Shown: positions 11,647 to 21,960 of the stretch, one piece after another
How positions within the stretch are numbered: position 1 is the first letter of the stretch
Layout: the number at the start of each line of letters is the position of its first letter
Assembly: GCA_034521815.1 (NCBI GenBank)
Contig: JAXHLW010000013.1
Span: 192,001 to 256,000, forward strand
Source of the DNA: Trueperaceae bacterium
GTDB lineage: Bacteria > Deinococcota > Deinococci > Deinococcales > Trueperaceae
Length of the DNA: 64,000 bases
Reading direction: 5' to 3'
Program-made: the position numbers and the translations under genes
The notes under the pieces: generated by a model
Seen by the model: the letters and a program-made list of their open reading frames with translations, nothing else
Told to the model about the DNA's origin: nothing
Database searches by the model: none

Positions 11647-12726
11647 GTGACCCACGTCCGAAACGAAACGCATCCCCTGCGAGCCGGGATCATCGGCACC
11701 GGAGGCATCTCCGGTGCGCACGCCAAGGCCTACCGAACCGCGGGCGCGGCGCTGGTCGCCGTGGCCGACCTGGACCTGGGCGCCGCGAAGCGCCGCGCCG
11801 AGGCGTGGAACGTTCCCCACGCCTACGGCGACGCGGCCCGCATGCTGGCAGAGGCGAACCTCGACGTCGTCAGCATCTGCACGCCGGTGTCGTCCCACCA
11901 TCCCCTGGTCCTGGCCGCCGCCGACGCGGGCGTTCACGTGCTGTGCGAAAAGCCGATCGCGCTGGACCTGAACCAGGCTCAGGAGATGATCGACGCCTGC
12001 CGCGATGCCGGCGTGGTGCTGCAGATCGGCCATCAGCTGCGCAGCGCCGGCGCCGTCGCGCACGCCAAGGGCATGATCGCGTCCGGCGCGATCGGCGACA
12101 TCTCGTTCATTCGTCTGCGGCAGGCGCACGACTGGGGCGGCGCGCTCGAGGTGCGCCCCAGCTTCGCGACGCACGCCTCGGGCGGAGGCGGCACGCTGCT
12201 GGACAACGGCTGTCACCTGATGGACTTGGCGCGCTTCTTCGCCGGCGACGCCGAGGAGGTGTACGCCCGGGTCGCCACGCGGCGCTGGCCGATCGAGCTC
12301 GAGGACACCGCCGTGGTCTCGGTCCGCTTCGCCTCGGGCGCCATCGGATCGATCGAGACCGGCTGGAGCGCCACCGGCTGGGAGGAAGGGTTCTGGATCT
12401 ACGGCACCACCGGATCGCTGGAGTGGACCAATCGGCATCAGGAGCCCGTCCTGCGCCACGCGTTCCGCGACTCGCCCGGCACGACCTGGGCCGACACGGA
12501 CGTCGCCCGTCTGGAGTTCGCCGGCGACACGGCCCACACGCGCCAGATCCGGGCGTTCCTGCAGGCCGTCGCAGGGGAGGGCCAGGTGCCGTGCACCGGC
12601 CAGGACGGGATGGAAGCGGTCCGATTCGTGCTGGCGGCGTACGACAGCGCCAGCAAGAACCTGCCCGTCCGCCTGGGCGAGGAGGCTGCGACGCTGGAGC
12701 GAGCGTACGAGGCTGTGGCCGACTGA
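11647..12726 (+). CDS. Gfo/Idh/MocA family oxidoreductase
   Basis: GIIGTGGI, VLCEKPIA, GGGTLLDNGCH. Confidence 0.92.
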   Translation: MTHVRNETHPLRAGIIGTGGISGAHAKAYRTAGAALVAVADLDLGAAKRRAEAWNVPHAYGDAARMLAEANLDVVSICTPVSSHHPLVLAAADAGVHVLCEKPIALDLNQAQEMIDACRDAGVVLQIGHQLRSAGAVAHAKGMIASGAIGDISFIRLRQAHDWGGALEVRPSFATHASGGGGTLLDNGCHLMDLARFFAGDAEEVYARVATRRWPIELEDTAVVSVRFASGAIGSIETGWSATGWEEGFWIYGTTGSLEWTNRHQEPVLRHAFRDSPGTTWADTDVARLEFAGDTAHTRQIRAFLQAVAGEGQVPCTGQDGMEAVRFVLAAYDSASKNLPVRLGEEAATLERAYEAVAD

Positions 12727-12738
12727 AGGAGCGCTAGC

Positions 12739-13077
12739 TCAGCGGTCGTCTCCGGAGCCGTGGATGGCGCCCCGGGCCGCGCGGTCCGCGAGCTTCGCGA
12801 CGTTTCGCTCCGCGACCTCCTCCAGCGACGAGCCCAGATCCACCGCCACGCTGGCGACGTACCAGAGCACGTCGCCGAGCTCCGCGACGAGTCCTTCGCG
12901 CACCGCCTCGGGCAGGGGCTCGCCCGGCGTCCAGCCGCGGTCGCGCATCGCCTTGCCGACCTTCTCCGCCACCTCGCCGGCCTCGCCGGACAGCTTGAGG
13001 ACGGGGTAGAGGAGCTTCGCTTCGGTCGGGTAGCGGGCGGTGGCGCGGGCGGCGTTCTGGTACTCGGTCAGGGTCAT
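12739..13077 (-). CDS. MazG-like nucleoside triphosphate pyrophosphohydrolase
   Basis: LSGEAGEVAEKVGK, ELGDVLWY, NVAKLADR..RG.IHGSGDDR. Confidence 0.9.
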   Translation of the reverse strand: MTLTEYQNAARATARYPTEAKLLYPVLKLSGEAGEVAEKVGKAMRDRGWTPGEPLPEAVREGLVAELGDVLWYVASVAVDLGSSLEEVAERNVAKLADRAARGAIHGSGDDR

Positions 13078-13162
13078 GCCGGATGCTACCCGCCGTCGGT
13101 CCCAGCGGTTGCGACGGGCCGCGGGGCCGTGGTAGTCTCTTCGTCGCCCATAAGGGCCTCGG

Positions 13163-13234
13163 TCGGCGGTAGCTCAGTGGTAGAGCGATCGGCTGTTAAC
13201 CGATTGGTCGTAGGTTCGAATCCTACCCGCCGAG
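13163..13234 (+). tRNA. tRNA-Asn (GTT)
   Basis: Cloverleaf with TCGGCGG/CCGCCGA acceptor stem, anticodon loop CTGTTAA and GGTTCGAATCC T arm; CCA is not present here (reads GCGCA). Confidence 0.95.
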
Positions 13235-13235
13235 C
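13197..13235 (+). repeat. attL (3' half of tRNA-Asn)
   Basis: TAACCGATTGGTCGTAGGTTCGAATCCTACCCGCCGAGC, identical to 31684-31722. Confidence 0.95.
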
Positions 13236-13378
13236 GCAACGCGTCAGACGACGAAGAATCGTCCGCATTCGTGCGGGCGATTCTCTTCCGAGGGTGCCAA
13301 TAGGGTGCCAAACGCACGTATTCCGCACCGGCGACGGGTTGTGCGGCCACGGCAGGAGCGGCGGCACGAGACCGCCGC

Positions 13379-13848
13379 ATGAGTTGGAAACGGAGACATA
13401 TTCAAAGGTCTTCCATGGCAGTGGTCCTCGCGGCGACGCCGATGGTTGCGTTCGGCCAGGGCGTCGCCCTTGACAATGAGGCATTGGACTGGATTCGTCG
13501 AAGTACGTAGGTTCGACAATCGAGTTGGGCGGCTTGTCGGAGACGTTTTGACCGCGGTGAGGAGCGAGCCCGGGGCGAGATCACGGCGTCGGACCCTCGA
13601 TTTTAAGCACCATCCGAGACTTGCGATTCGACTCTTCTCGAATTGCAAGGAAACGTACTTCGACGAGTTTCGGGCGGCACCGGTCGACAAGTTCGATCGC
13701 GATCCGCTGCAACTGGAACGAGGCGATTTGGAAGGCGACAGAAGTGGATTCGAGTCCTGTCGAGGGAAACGTCGAGGTCCTACGCGCCTTCAGAGATGGC
13801 ATGTCTTACGGCGAAATCATGGATGGAAGAGCCCCTTCCGGGCGGTAG
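13379..13848 (+). pseudogene. Frameshifted hypothetical secreted protein
   Basis: Signal-like MAVVLAATPMVAFGQ followed by protein-like segments in shifting frames. Confidence 0.3.
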
Positions 13849-13979
13849 GGGACTTGGTGGGCTGCCCGCAACGACGATCTTGAGGTGCTCGCTTGGACAC
13901 GTCGGTCGCCGTAATTGAGGGCTGCGTCGTCATTGCCACGATGAGCGCCTGATACCGAGAGGCTCGGCAGTCACTTAGT

Positions 13980-15128
13980 TCAAGGTTTAGCTCGGGCTCG
14001 GCTCCGCCGGGCTTGCCGGTAGAGGATCGCGTCGACTTGTCGGCCGCCTCGCGCTGCATACCAGGCATGACGTGCGAGTACGTGTCGAGCGTGACCTTGA
14101 TGCTCGAGTGGCCGAGCCGCTCCGCAACCACCTTCGGATGCACGCCCGCCTGCAAGCAGAGGGCGTCGCGTGCGTGTGCCGAAGGTCGTCGAAGCGAATC
14201 TCGTCCGACAGGCCGGCGCGCCGAAGGGCGGGCTCGAACGCGTCCGACGACGATGCCGCGTCGTGCACAGGCTCGCCGTCGATCCCGCAGAACACGAGGT
14301 CGAACGGCCCGAGCTCGCGTTGCGCGTCGAGGTGCTTGGAGAGGACGCGGACAAGGCCGTGGGGAGAGGCACCGTCCGACGGCTGCTGGCCGTCTTCGGC
14401 TCGTTGAACTCCCACGCGCCGATTGACCGCACCGCACCCGCTGGTTGACGGTCAATGATCCCGCGCCGAGGTCGACGTCCTGCCAGCGCAGCCCGAGAGC
14501 TTCGATGGCCGGAGGCCCGTGCCGACCATGACGTTGAACAGCGGCCACCACTTCGACCGCTCCGCGGCTCGTAGGAACGCGTCGACCTCGACGCGACTCG
14601 AGGGCGCGCATCTTGCGGGTGCTTGGCGCTTTCGGCACGTCGACGAACTCGGCGGGGTTCTGCGCGATGAGTTGCCACCGGACCGCCTGTGAGAGGGCGT
14701 TCTTGAGGATCATGTGGACGTACCGGACGCTTTTCGTCACGCCGGCGTCCTGCATCTTCGGGTAGACGGCCTGAATGGCGACGGGCGCGAGTCTGCTAGA
14801 GTTTCACAGCGCCGATGTGGGGCCGCACGTACCGCTTGAGGGTGCGGGCGTACTCCTGTGCGTCCCGGGTTGCACGCGGGGCTGCACGGCCGTCTCAAGC
14901 CACGTGTCGAGGTACTCGTCGAGGGATTGCTTGGAAGCCTCGACGCAGGACGCCGATGTCGCGTTCGCGCAACAGGGATCGCAGGGCCTGCTGAGCATCC
15001 TTCTTGTTGCCGCGAATCATGCGGCTGGCGCACTTCCGTCGGCCGGAAGCGTCCCGGCCGAGGAAGACGCGGACGAGGAAGCGGCGCTCGCCACGCTCGA
15101 CGATTTGTCCGTCGCTGCGGAGACTCAC
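13980..15128 (-). pseudogene. Phage-type tyrosine integrase, multiple frameshifts
   Basis: Segments across frames: YLDTWLE, HMILKNALSQAVRW, EALGLRWQDVDL, PKTASSRR, RFDDLRHTHAT, HPKVVAERLGHSSIKVTLDTYSHV. Confidence 0.92.
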
Positions 15129-15157
15129 GAGCGGACCCTAGTGGCAACAGATACGAG

Positions 15158-16131
15158 TCACCATTGCTCGACCTGTTCCTTGATCTTGATTCGGTCGCGC
15201 CACTTCGCGTAGGTCTGCGTCGTCGCCAGGTTCGAGTGCCTCAAGTGCTGCTGCGCGGCCTCCAAGCCAAGGTCGGCGGCTGTGCGGGTGCCGCAGTAGT
15301 GCCGGAGGGCGTGGACGCCCTTCCCCTTGCCGAGCAGGGCCTTGTACGCGACGCGGCGGACGCGTTCGTACGCTCGTTGCGTCGTGCCGAACGTGAAGAC
15401 GCGCTCAGCGGCGGGGTCTCGCACGGAGTGCCTCGAGCGCCGCCACAGTGGAGTGGCTCAAGTCGACGGTGCCTTCCTTCCCACCCTTGCCAGCGCGAAT
15501 GCGGACCGTGCCGGCGTCGAGGTCCACGTCGCGCCACTCCAGCGCGACGATCTCACTGCACGCGAAGGCCGGCGTGCGCGCCGAGGAGGATGATGGCGGT
15601 GTCCGTCTCGTCCGCCTTCGCGAGCATCCGCACGACCTCGTCGTGCGTGTAGGGTTGCCGCTTGTCCCACGCGGCGGTGGGGTCTGCGGGAAGCTCGACG
15701 TCCTCGAACGGTCGAGCGGTCGTCGCGCTGGTCCACCGGAGGGCGCGGTAGAGGGCGCGTGCTGCCGCGATCTTCAAGCGGATGGTGCCGGGTTTGTAGA
15801 ACGCCTCGCCGCTCGCGCTCTTGCGGTCCGCGAGGGCGGCGACGTAAAGGTCGGCTGCGTTGCGGGAGGGCCGTAGGAGGTTCTCGCCCTGCCAAGCCTC
15901 TAGGAGGTCGAGGACGCCCCTACGGTAGTTGCGGAGGGTGTGCCTGCTGGTGCGCGTCCCGGCACGTGTCTTCGTCGCCATGTGGGCCTCCACGAGGCTC
16001 CACAGCTCGTCGGGGTCGCGTTCGTTCGCTGCGGTTGCGGCGCGGCGCTTGAGCTCCTCGTCGCTGAGGGTGGCCCAGCCTCGAGCGCGGAGGGCGAGGG
16101 TGCCACCGGCCTTCTGAATCGCGTTGGTCAT
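15158..16131 (-). pseudogene. Second tyrosine recombinase (Deinococcus/Thermus-type), frameshifted
   Basis: SRHTLRNY, LYRALRW, LGAHAGLR, GVHALRHYCGT, QHLRHSNLATTQTY. Confidence 0.88.
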
Positions 16132-16518
16132 GCTTCGGCCCCCTTCCGGGTGACGCACATGGCAGACCGCTCAGGCCATGCGAAAGGGCCTGACCAGCTC
16201 GGCGAAGGCGAGCAGCATGTCGGGGTCGGTTCCGCCGGGAACACGAAGTCAAAGTAGGTACCGTGCATCTCAACGACCGCGTGAGGGCAACCTGGGGGCG
16301 TCACGTCGCGGTACTCGAGCGCGCCGTGTACGACTTGCCTGATGGGTCCGCCCTTCGAACGCGTGAACGGGTCCGCGGCGGCGCGCAGGTCGTCGCGATC
16401 CTCGTGCGAATCCCACGGGACGCGCACGACCAGCTCGAGCCGCGCTTTCGAGTGCGTCCCGCAACGCCTCCAGATGCTCGAGGTTGTCGGGTTCGAGGTG
16501 ATCGGTATGCTTGCTCAT
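16128..16518 (-). pseudogene. Hypothetical protein, frameshifted
   Basis: MSKHTDHLEP...LESAA continues in another frame as VPWDSHEDRDDL...FDFVFP; overlaps the recombinase start. Confidence 0.4.
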
Positions 16519-16634
16519 GAGGGGTTCCGCCTCTCCCGGCGTCGGTTGCTTGGCGGCTCTGGCGCGGGTGTTCTTGCTTCAGGAGGCGGCCTATCCGCCT
16601 TACCTGTGACTATACATGTTGTCGCTACATGTGT

Positions 16635-16889
16635 CTAGACGTCTGCCCGACTAGGCAACCAGCACGATCGACGCGAACCCCGACTACTCGTCGCCGAATA
16701 GCGTCTCGAGGGCCTCCGGAACACCTCCGACATGGACACGCTGTCAACGGCGGCCCGGATCTTCAAGCGATGGTGGACGTCTGCAGGAATCATGACGTCC
16801 AGCCTGCCGCCCCTCGCCGGCTTCGAGTTGTTGCCGAAGGCTGCGCGTTCCGTCAGCGTCCTTGCCTGTTTGTCTAGGCACAGCGGCAT
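16635..16889 (-). CDS. Small ribbon-helix-helix DNA-binding protein (putative)
   Basis: RLDVMIPADVHHRLKIRAAVDSVSMSEVFR fits an RHH strand-helix-helix pattern. Confidence 0.6.
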   Translation of the reverse strand: MPLCLDKQARTLTERAAFGNNSKPARGGRLDVMIPADVHHRLKIRAAVDSVSMSEVFRRPSRRYSATSSRGSRRSCWLPSRADV

Positions 16890-16916
16890 GATTGCACAGA
16901 GGGTCTGGACACCAGC

Positions 16917-17194
16917 CTACTGATTCTCTGAACACCTCCCGAATACGTTCCGAGCGCGACCGGCATCGACCATCCCCAGGAACGTCCTTTTCGCACAAAC
17001 AACTGCTGGGCCATTGCATCAAGAAGGTCGTCCCCAATGTCGTCGTCAGCGCCGCGGTCTCACAATGTGAATGCCAAACGCTGGCCATCCTGCCAAAGAT
17101 CGTAGTAGCGGTGATCGTGGCGCCCCTTCCGCTTCTTGCACTTGAGCTTCCGCTTTAACTGACGCTCGATCACCTTCTTGCTTCGGACCGCCAC
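16917..17194 (-). pseudogene. HicA-like toxin (contains an in-frame stop and frameshift as sequenced)
   Basis: Manual translation, not in the ORF track: VAVRSKKVIERQLKRKLKCKKRKGRHDHRYYDLWQDGQRLAFT...GADDDIGDDLLDAMAQQLFV...FLGMVD. Confidence 0.6.
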
Positions 17195-17197
17195 GAG

Positions 17198-17577
17198 TCA
17201 CGCGAAGTCGCTGCGGTCGCGTGTTCGCGGAACGGCGGAGCGAACTCGCGCCGCTCACACTCCGCGACCGCTGAGTCCGTCGCCTCAGGAGGTTGCGAAG
17301 GCTTGCAAGTTGACGGGCGAGCGCTGGTGCAAGTCGGGCTGCGTCATCCTCCAGGCTCTCGTATGCGTCGAGGAGCGCGGAAACGAGAGACTTTCGCGCT
17401 TCCTCTTCGGTAATGCCCCACCCGTGCAGCGGGACGCCCTCCGGGTCCACAAGGCGGACAAGGACGCCCCGCGGGGCAGTCACTCGCTTGACGGAAACAA
17501 CGACCTCGACACCGCTGGGCAACGTGAGACCGCGGTGCCAGGAATCAAGTGCAGCTGGTCTCAGTTTGCTTACTCAT
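17198..17577 (-). pseudogene. HicB-like antitoxin (frameshifted ends)
   Basis: LHGWGITEEEARKSLVSALLDAYESLEDDAARLAPALARQLASLRNLL matches the HicB-like G.G.T.EEA...L pattern; ATG overlaps the upstream stop. Confidence 0.6.
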
Positions 17578-17865
17578 CGTTGTCCTCATCCTCGCTTGGG
17601 CCGCCCTTGAGTCGCTGAACAACCTCGTCCGGGAGCACGATTGGCCCAATGTGCCTCTGGTAAGCGCCCACGAAGCGATCGAGCAGAATACTTAGAGAGA
17701 GCGCATGTTGAGGACTCATATGCACGACGGCTTGCGTTTCGACGTCGTCGTCCGGCACCGATACCAAACGCGAGCGTGAAGTCGCACGAACGTCATGCGA
17801 ACATCGACATTGTTGCTGTAGATCACCGGAGCATCATCGGTCGACTTGGTCGGTTCTTCAGCCAT
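17570..17865 (-). pseudogene. DUF3467-family protein (frameshifted)
   Basis: MAEEPTKSTDDAPVIYSNNVDVRMT / DFTLAFG / VVHMSPQHALSLSILLDRFVGAYQRHIGPI carries the family's YSN, DF.L.F, MSP.HA and Y....G.I motifs. Confidence 0.7.
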
Positions 17866-18039
17866 CTAACCCCAATCCACGAGTCTCTGGAACCTCACTA
17901 CTTACCATAGTGCCTCGGCCCCGCACGCCATGTGTGAATCGCGAAACGTGAGCGGTCGGTAAAAAGTCCAATTCTTGGCTGGCAACGCATGACATCACGC
18001 CAGGGGGATGCCCGATGCGTGGCGCTGCGGACGCTGGCC

Positions 18040-18290
18040 CGCTTGTCACCCTCGAGCATCGACGTCGCGAGACTCGCCGCAAGCACGAGGTCGTCGATGG
18101 TCAGCCTCACGCCACGCGCCGACGTCATTCCCGAACTCGGCGTGGCCGCCGAGGCTGATCTCGACCTTGAAGCCTCGAAACTCCTTGACGAGCACCTCAG
18201 CAAGCGGGAGCTTCGGCGCGATCCTGAGTCGGCCCGCCCTGAAGCGGCGCTACTCGGCAAGGCTCGACGCGAACTCGCGTTTCGGCGTAC
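18040..18290 (-). pseudogene. Phage terminase large subunit, C-terminal nuclease-domain fragment
   Basis: Manual translation across frames: PKREFASSL...RLRIAPKLPLAEVLVKEFRGFKVEISLGGHAEFGNDVGAWREADH-DDLVLAASLA. Confidence 0.65.
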
Positions 18291-18559
18291 GCTACAGCAC
18301 GGCGCACCGCGGGGACCGGCTCTCCGGCAATCCCCGCCGGTGAAGACGACTACTCCTCGTCGTCACCTGACCTCCCCACCCTGAAGGCCTGCGCCGTACG
18401 CGTAGGCTGGCCGGAGCAATCTGTGACCGGAGTTGAGCACTCGCCGAAGAAGGCGCCAGTGCGCTGAATGCGCTTCAGTATCTTGCTCGGCGCTCGCGCA
18501 CAGCAACGAGGCGACGGTCACGCACTACACGTTCCGACTCGGCTCGCTAGACCGGCGGC

Positions 18560-18900
18560 ATGTTCGCGGTCAACATTGTTCGAGCAGTCGGCTGGATCAT
18601 CATCGTGCTCGTTGGCATTCCGAGTGCCGTAGCGCTTCTCTGGGTTCTCTCGAAGCCTGGCGCGACCCGTCCGACGCTGGTGTCGGCTTCACGATGATCC
18701 TGGCAATCGTCGCCGTCTTCCTGGTTCTCGGCTGCCAATGGTGCGCTCTCGGTGGCCTGTCGCCGCAGTCGTCGTGGAAACGCTCAAGGCATCCGAAGAA
18801 TCCCTGAGGTCCATTGAAACGAACGCTCGGCGCACATCTTCGAAGTTGGAACATCTAGTCAAGGCCGTCGACCCCGGCGCGGCAAGATATCGATGGCTCG
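18560..18900 (+). pseudogene. Hypothetical membrane protein, frameshifted
   Basis: Hydrophobic segments (VGWIIIVLVGIPSAVALLWVL; FTMILAIVAVFLVLG) then a coiled-coil-like tail. Confidence 0.35.
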
Positions 18901-19552
18901 CACAATGCCGAAGATGCACGGCGGTCCAAGCCAGCCTGACAGGGCCGACCCGGGTTTTGGGACGCGCCACCTTCCCAGCGACCACCCGGTCCGCCGTAGA
19001 CTCGAGGAGGAAACCGAACTGACCGACGCGAAACCACAGCGACGCAACTTGCGCCGAGTTACGTCCCCTGTTCGGTAGACTTCTGACGCTTTGCCTGACT
19101 GCATAGTCTTGGCGGTCAGCGTCCTGAACGTCGGCACAATGCCTTGCGCTCCGCCAGGGCGTGCCGACATTCAACGCGCTGTGCGTGCCCGAGCCGGTAA
19201 GCGTAGTTCCGCCGCGTGCCCGCCGACGCCTCGGCGTTCGCCTCCCGACGACCGGCGCGCACCGGACTGGAGCACCCTGGGGCGCCCTCTTCGGCGGGAC
19301 GCCGGAGACGTATGCGGTCAAGATGGGATGATGGCGCGACCAACTTGGCGGTCTGGCAGAAATCCGCACCGGGTTCGGACAGAGGCGCCTCCGATGATCG
19401 CAAGGGCAACGTCGACGCCAACAATGCGGAGGAGGAGGCCACGGATGAAGAGCTTCTTCACGCCCGAATAGTACGCCTTGCCGCTTCGTCGTCAGGAGGA
19501 TGCGTATCCGTTGCAGCTCCGCGACCAGCTTCTTGCGTGTCGGTCATGTTCT

Positions 19553-20320
19553 CTACCCTGCTCGCGGTAGGGTCGGGTCATAGCGCTCGAGGCACGGCCA
19601 GAGTTCGGCGTCCGTCCACGAGGTCAAGGGACCGTCGGGGTACCGCGCGGGCGCGGCGGGTCTGGCCTCGATCCGGGCCAGGCGCCGGCGTAGCTCCCAC
19701 CAACTGGGCGCCAAGTCCTGACGACAATGACGAGAGAAACCGGCCCGCCGGTGGAAAGGGCGTTCACCTCGGCGTACGTCAGCACCTCGCCGGGCTCGGT
19801 CGGTGCACGCGAAAGCGTCCGCGCCGCCATCGTCCTGTTGCCGAGATGGTGACGACGGGGCCGGCATCGCCAGGGGGTTCGCGCTTCGAGGCGTTTGAGG
19901 CGCGTGGTGAGGGTGCGCGGCATCGTAGATCCTGCCCCCCCGTCCGGCGAGCCTGCCGGGGCTGGCGTCGCACGACATCGGCACGAGGATTCGTAGGTCG
20001 TCGGCCGAGTTCGGGGCGCGCTTCCGCGCTTGCGCGAGGGCGAGGACAAGGCCGGGGTGCTTGCGGCTCGCGAAGGCGATTCGGCGCCCTGAGAGTCCTG
20101 ATACCAGACGGTCACGCTATGGGGTCGGTTCGCGCTTGCCGTTCGAGGACGGCGAGGCGGTGGTCCGCCCGACTCATGCCTTCGCTCGCCGTTTTGCGCG
20201 GCGGCTTCCAGCGCCTCAACGCGTTCGTCCAGTTCGCGCGCCTCGGTGGCCTCAAGGTACGTCTGCACGGTCTGCACGTAACTCGTCGTCAAGCGTGTGA
20301 GGTGTTGCGGATCGACAACT
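19553..20320 (-). other. Run of short satellite/phage-like ORFs
   Basis: ELDERVEALE; MSRADHRLAVLERQ; MPRTLTTRLKRLEAR; LRRRLARIEAR. Confidence 0.45.
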
Positions 20321-20480
20321 CTCGCCCTTGCGAAGGGGCGTAACCAACGTAGCGCCGAACCATGTCCATCACCTCGCCCAGATCCCGGGCGGAGCTCGTT
20401 CGAGGTCCGGGCGGCCGCGCCTACTACGCGCCGCCATCCCGGCCTCCTGTGGCAACGAGAATAGTGCACGGCCAAGCGAG

Positions 20481-21727
20481 GGTGGTCTCAAGTGGTCAAG
20501 GCAACACCCGGAGGTTCTGGCGTAGCATCGCCAGGCTTCAGTGGAGGTTGTCATGGCTTTGCTCGCACCCGTTTCGGGCCGCCGGTTGAGTGTCGATCAG
20601 GTTGAGGAACTCGTGCGTCTCGCTCGCCAAGGGGTCGACTACCGCCAGGTCGCTGAACGCGTCTCTTGCGCCCTGTCCACCGTCTACGCCCTCGTCGGTC
20701 CCGCCATCTTGCAGCGTGAGGACCGTCGCTCGCTCCGGCATCTGTCACTTGCGGACCGCGAGGAGATCCGAGCTGGCGGTCGAACGTGGCGAGTCGCTTC
20801 GCGCCATCGCGCGTCTCCTGAACCGCAGCGTGAGCACCATCAGTCGCGAGATCGAACGTAACGGCGGCAGGGACGCGTACCGGGCGTGGAGGGCGGACGA
20901 ACGGGCCGTGCAGGCTTCACGCCGACCACGCGAGGCGAAGATCGAGGCGAACACCGAGTTGCGTCGCGTGATCGAGGCGAAGCTGCGGAAGCGCTGGTCG
21001 CCGGAGCAGATCGCGCAGCACCTGCGCCGTACCTACCCGCATGATGAGGGCATGCAGGCGAGCCACGAAACGATCTACCAGAGCCTGTTCGTGCAGGCGC
21101 GCGGCTCGCTCCGCAAGGACCTCACCGCGTTCCTTCGGACCCGCAGGACCTCCCGCAAGGCGCGCGGGCGGGTGGAGACGCGGGGAAGGATCACGAACAT
21201 GGTTCACATCCGCGAACGGCCCGCCGAGGCGGAGGATCGCGCGGTGCCGGGGCACTGGGAGGGCGATCTCATTCTCGGTGCGCGGCAACGCTCGCAGATC
21301 GGGACGCTGGTCGAACGCAAGACCCGCTTCGTGATCCTCATGGAGCTTCGCGAGGGACGCGCCACAGAGCAGGTCGTACAAGCGTTGAGTGACCGGATTC
21401 GCTCGCTCCCCGACGCGCTTAGGCGCACCCTGACGTGGGATCAAGGCAAGGAGCTCGCAGCGCACCAGGCGTTCACGATCACGACCGGTGTCCCCGTCTA
21501 CTTCTGCGATCCGCACAGCCCCTGGCAACGCGGCTGCAACGAGAACACCAACGGTCTGTTGCGAGACTACTTCCCGAAACGCACGGACCTCAGCGTCCAC
21601 ACTCAAGCCCATCTCGACGCCGTCGCCGACGAGCTCAACACCCGCCCCCGGGAAACCCTCGACTGGAAGACACCGGCCGAGATGTACGCTCTTGAAGTAG
21701 GTGTTGCGTTCACCGGTTGAGACCACC
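20481..21727 (+). mobile_element. IS30-family insertion sequence (transposase ~20541-21720, N-terminal frameshift)
   Basis: STISREIERN, WSPEQIA, SHETIYQ, GHWEGDLI, TWDQGKE, PWQRGCNENTNGLLR; imperfect 28-bp IR GGTGGTCTCAA...GCAACACC. Confidence 0.93.
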
Positions 21728-21960
21728 TGAGGGAAAAGTATGGAAACTGTTTGTCGGACGAGTTTCGTGGCCGCGAAAATTCGGTGTTGCCTGCTCTTTG
21801 ACCAATATCTAATGCATCGGCGACTGCTCGGCGTGCGTGCTGACACTCGTCACAGGCCAGGCTCTTCAGGCGATTGCGGAAACCGTTCCATATGCCGCCG
21901 TGTGGGCCACTCGCTTCTGTCAAAGGCCGCATAAATCGGACGCAACGCTTCGTGGAACTA

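Noticed and set aside
20479-21729. Target-site duplication for IS30
   Set aside because: Flanks (AG versus TG) do not match, so none is claimed
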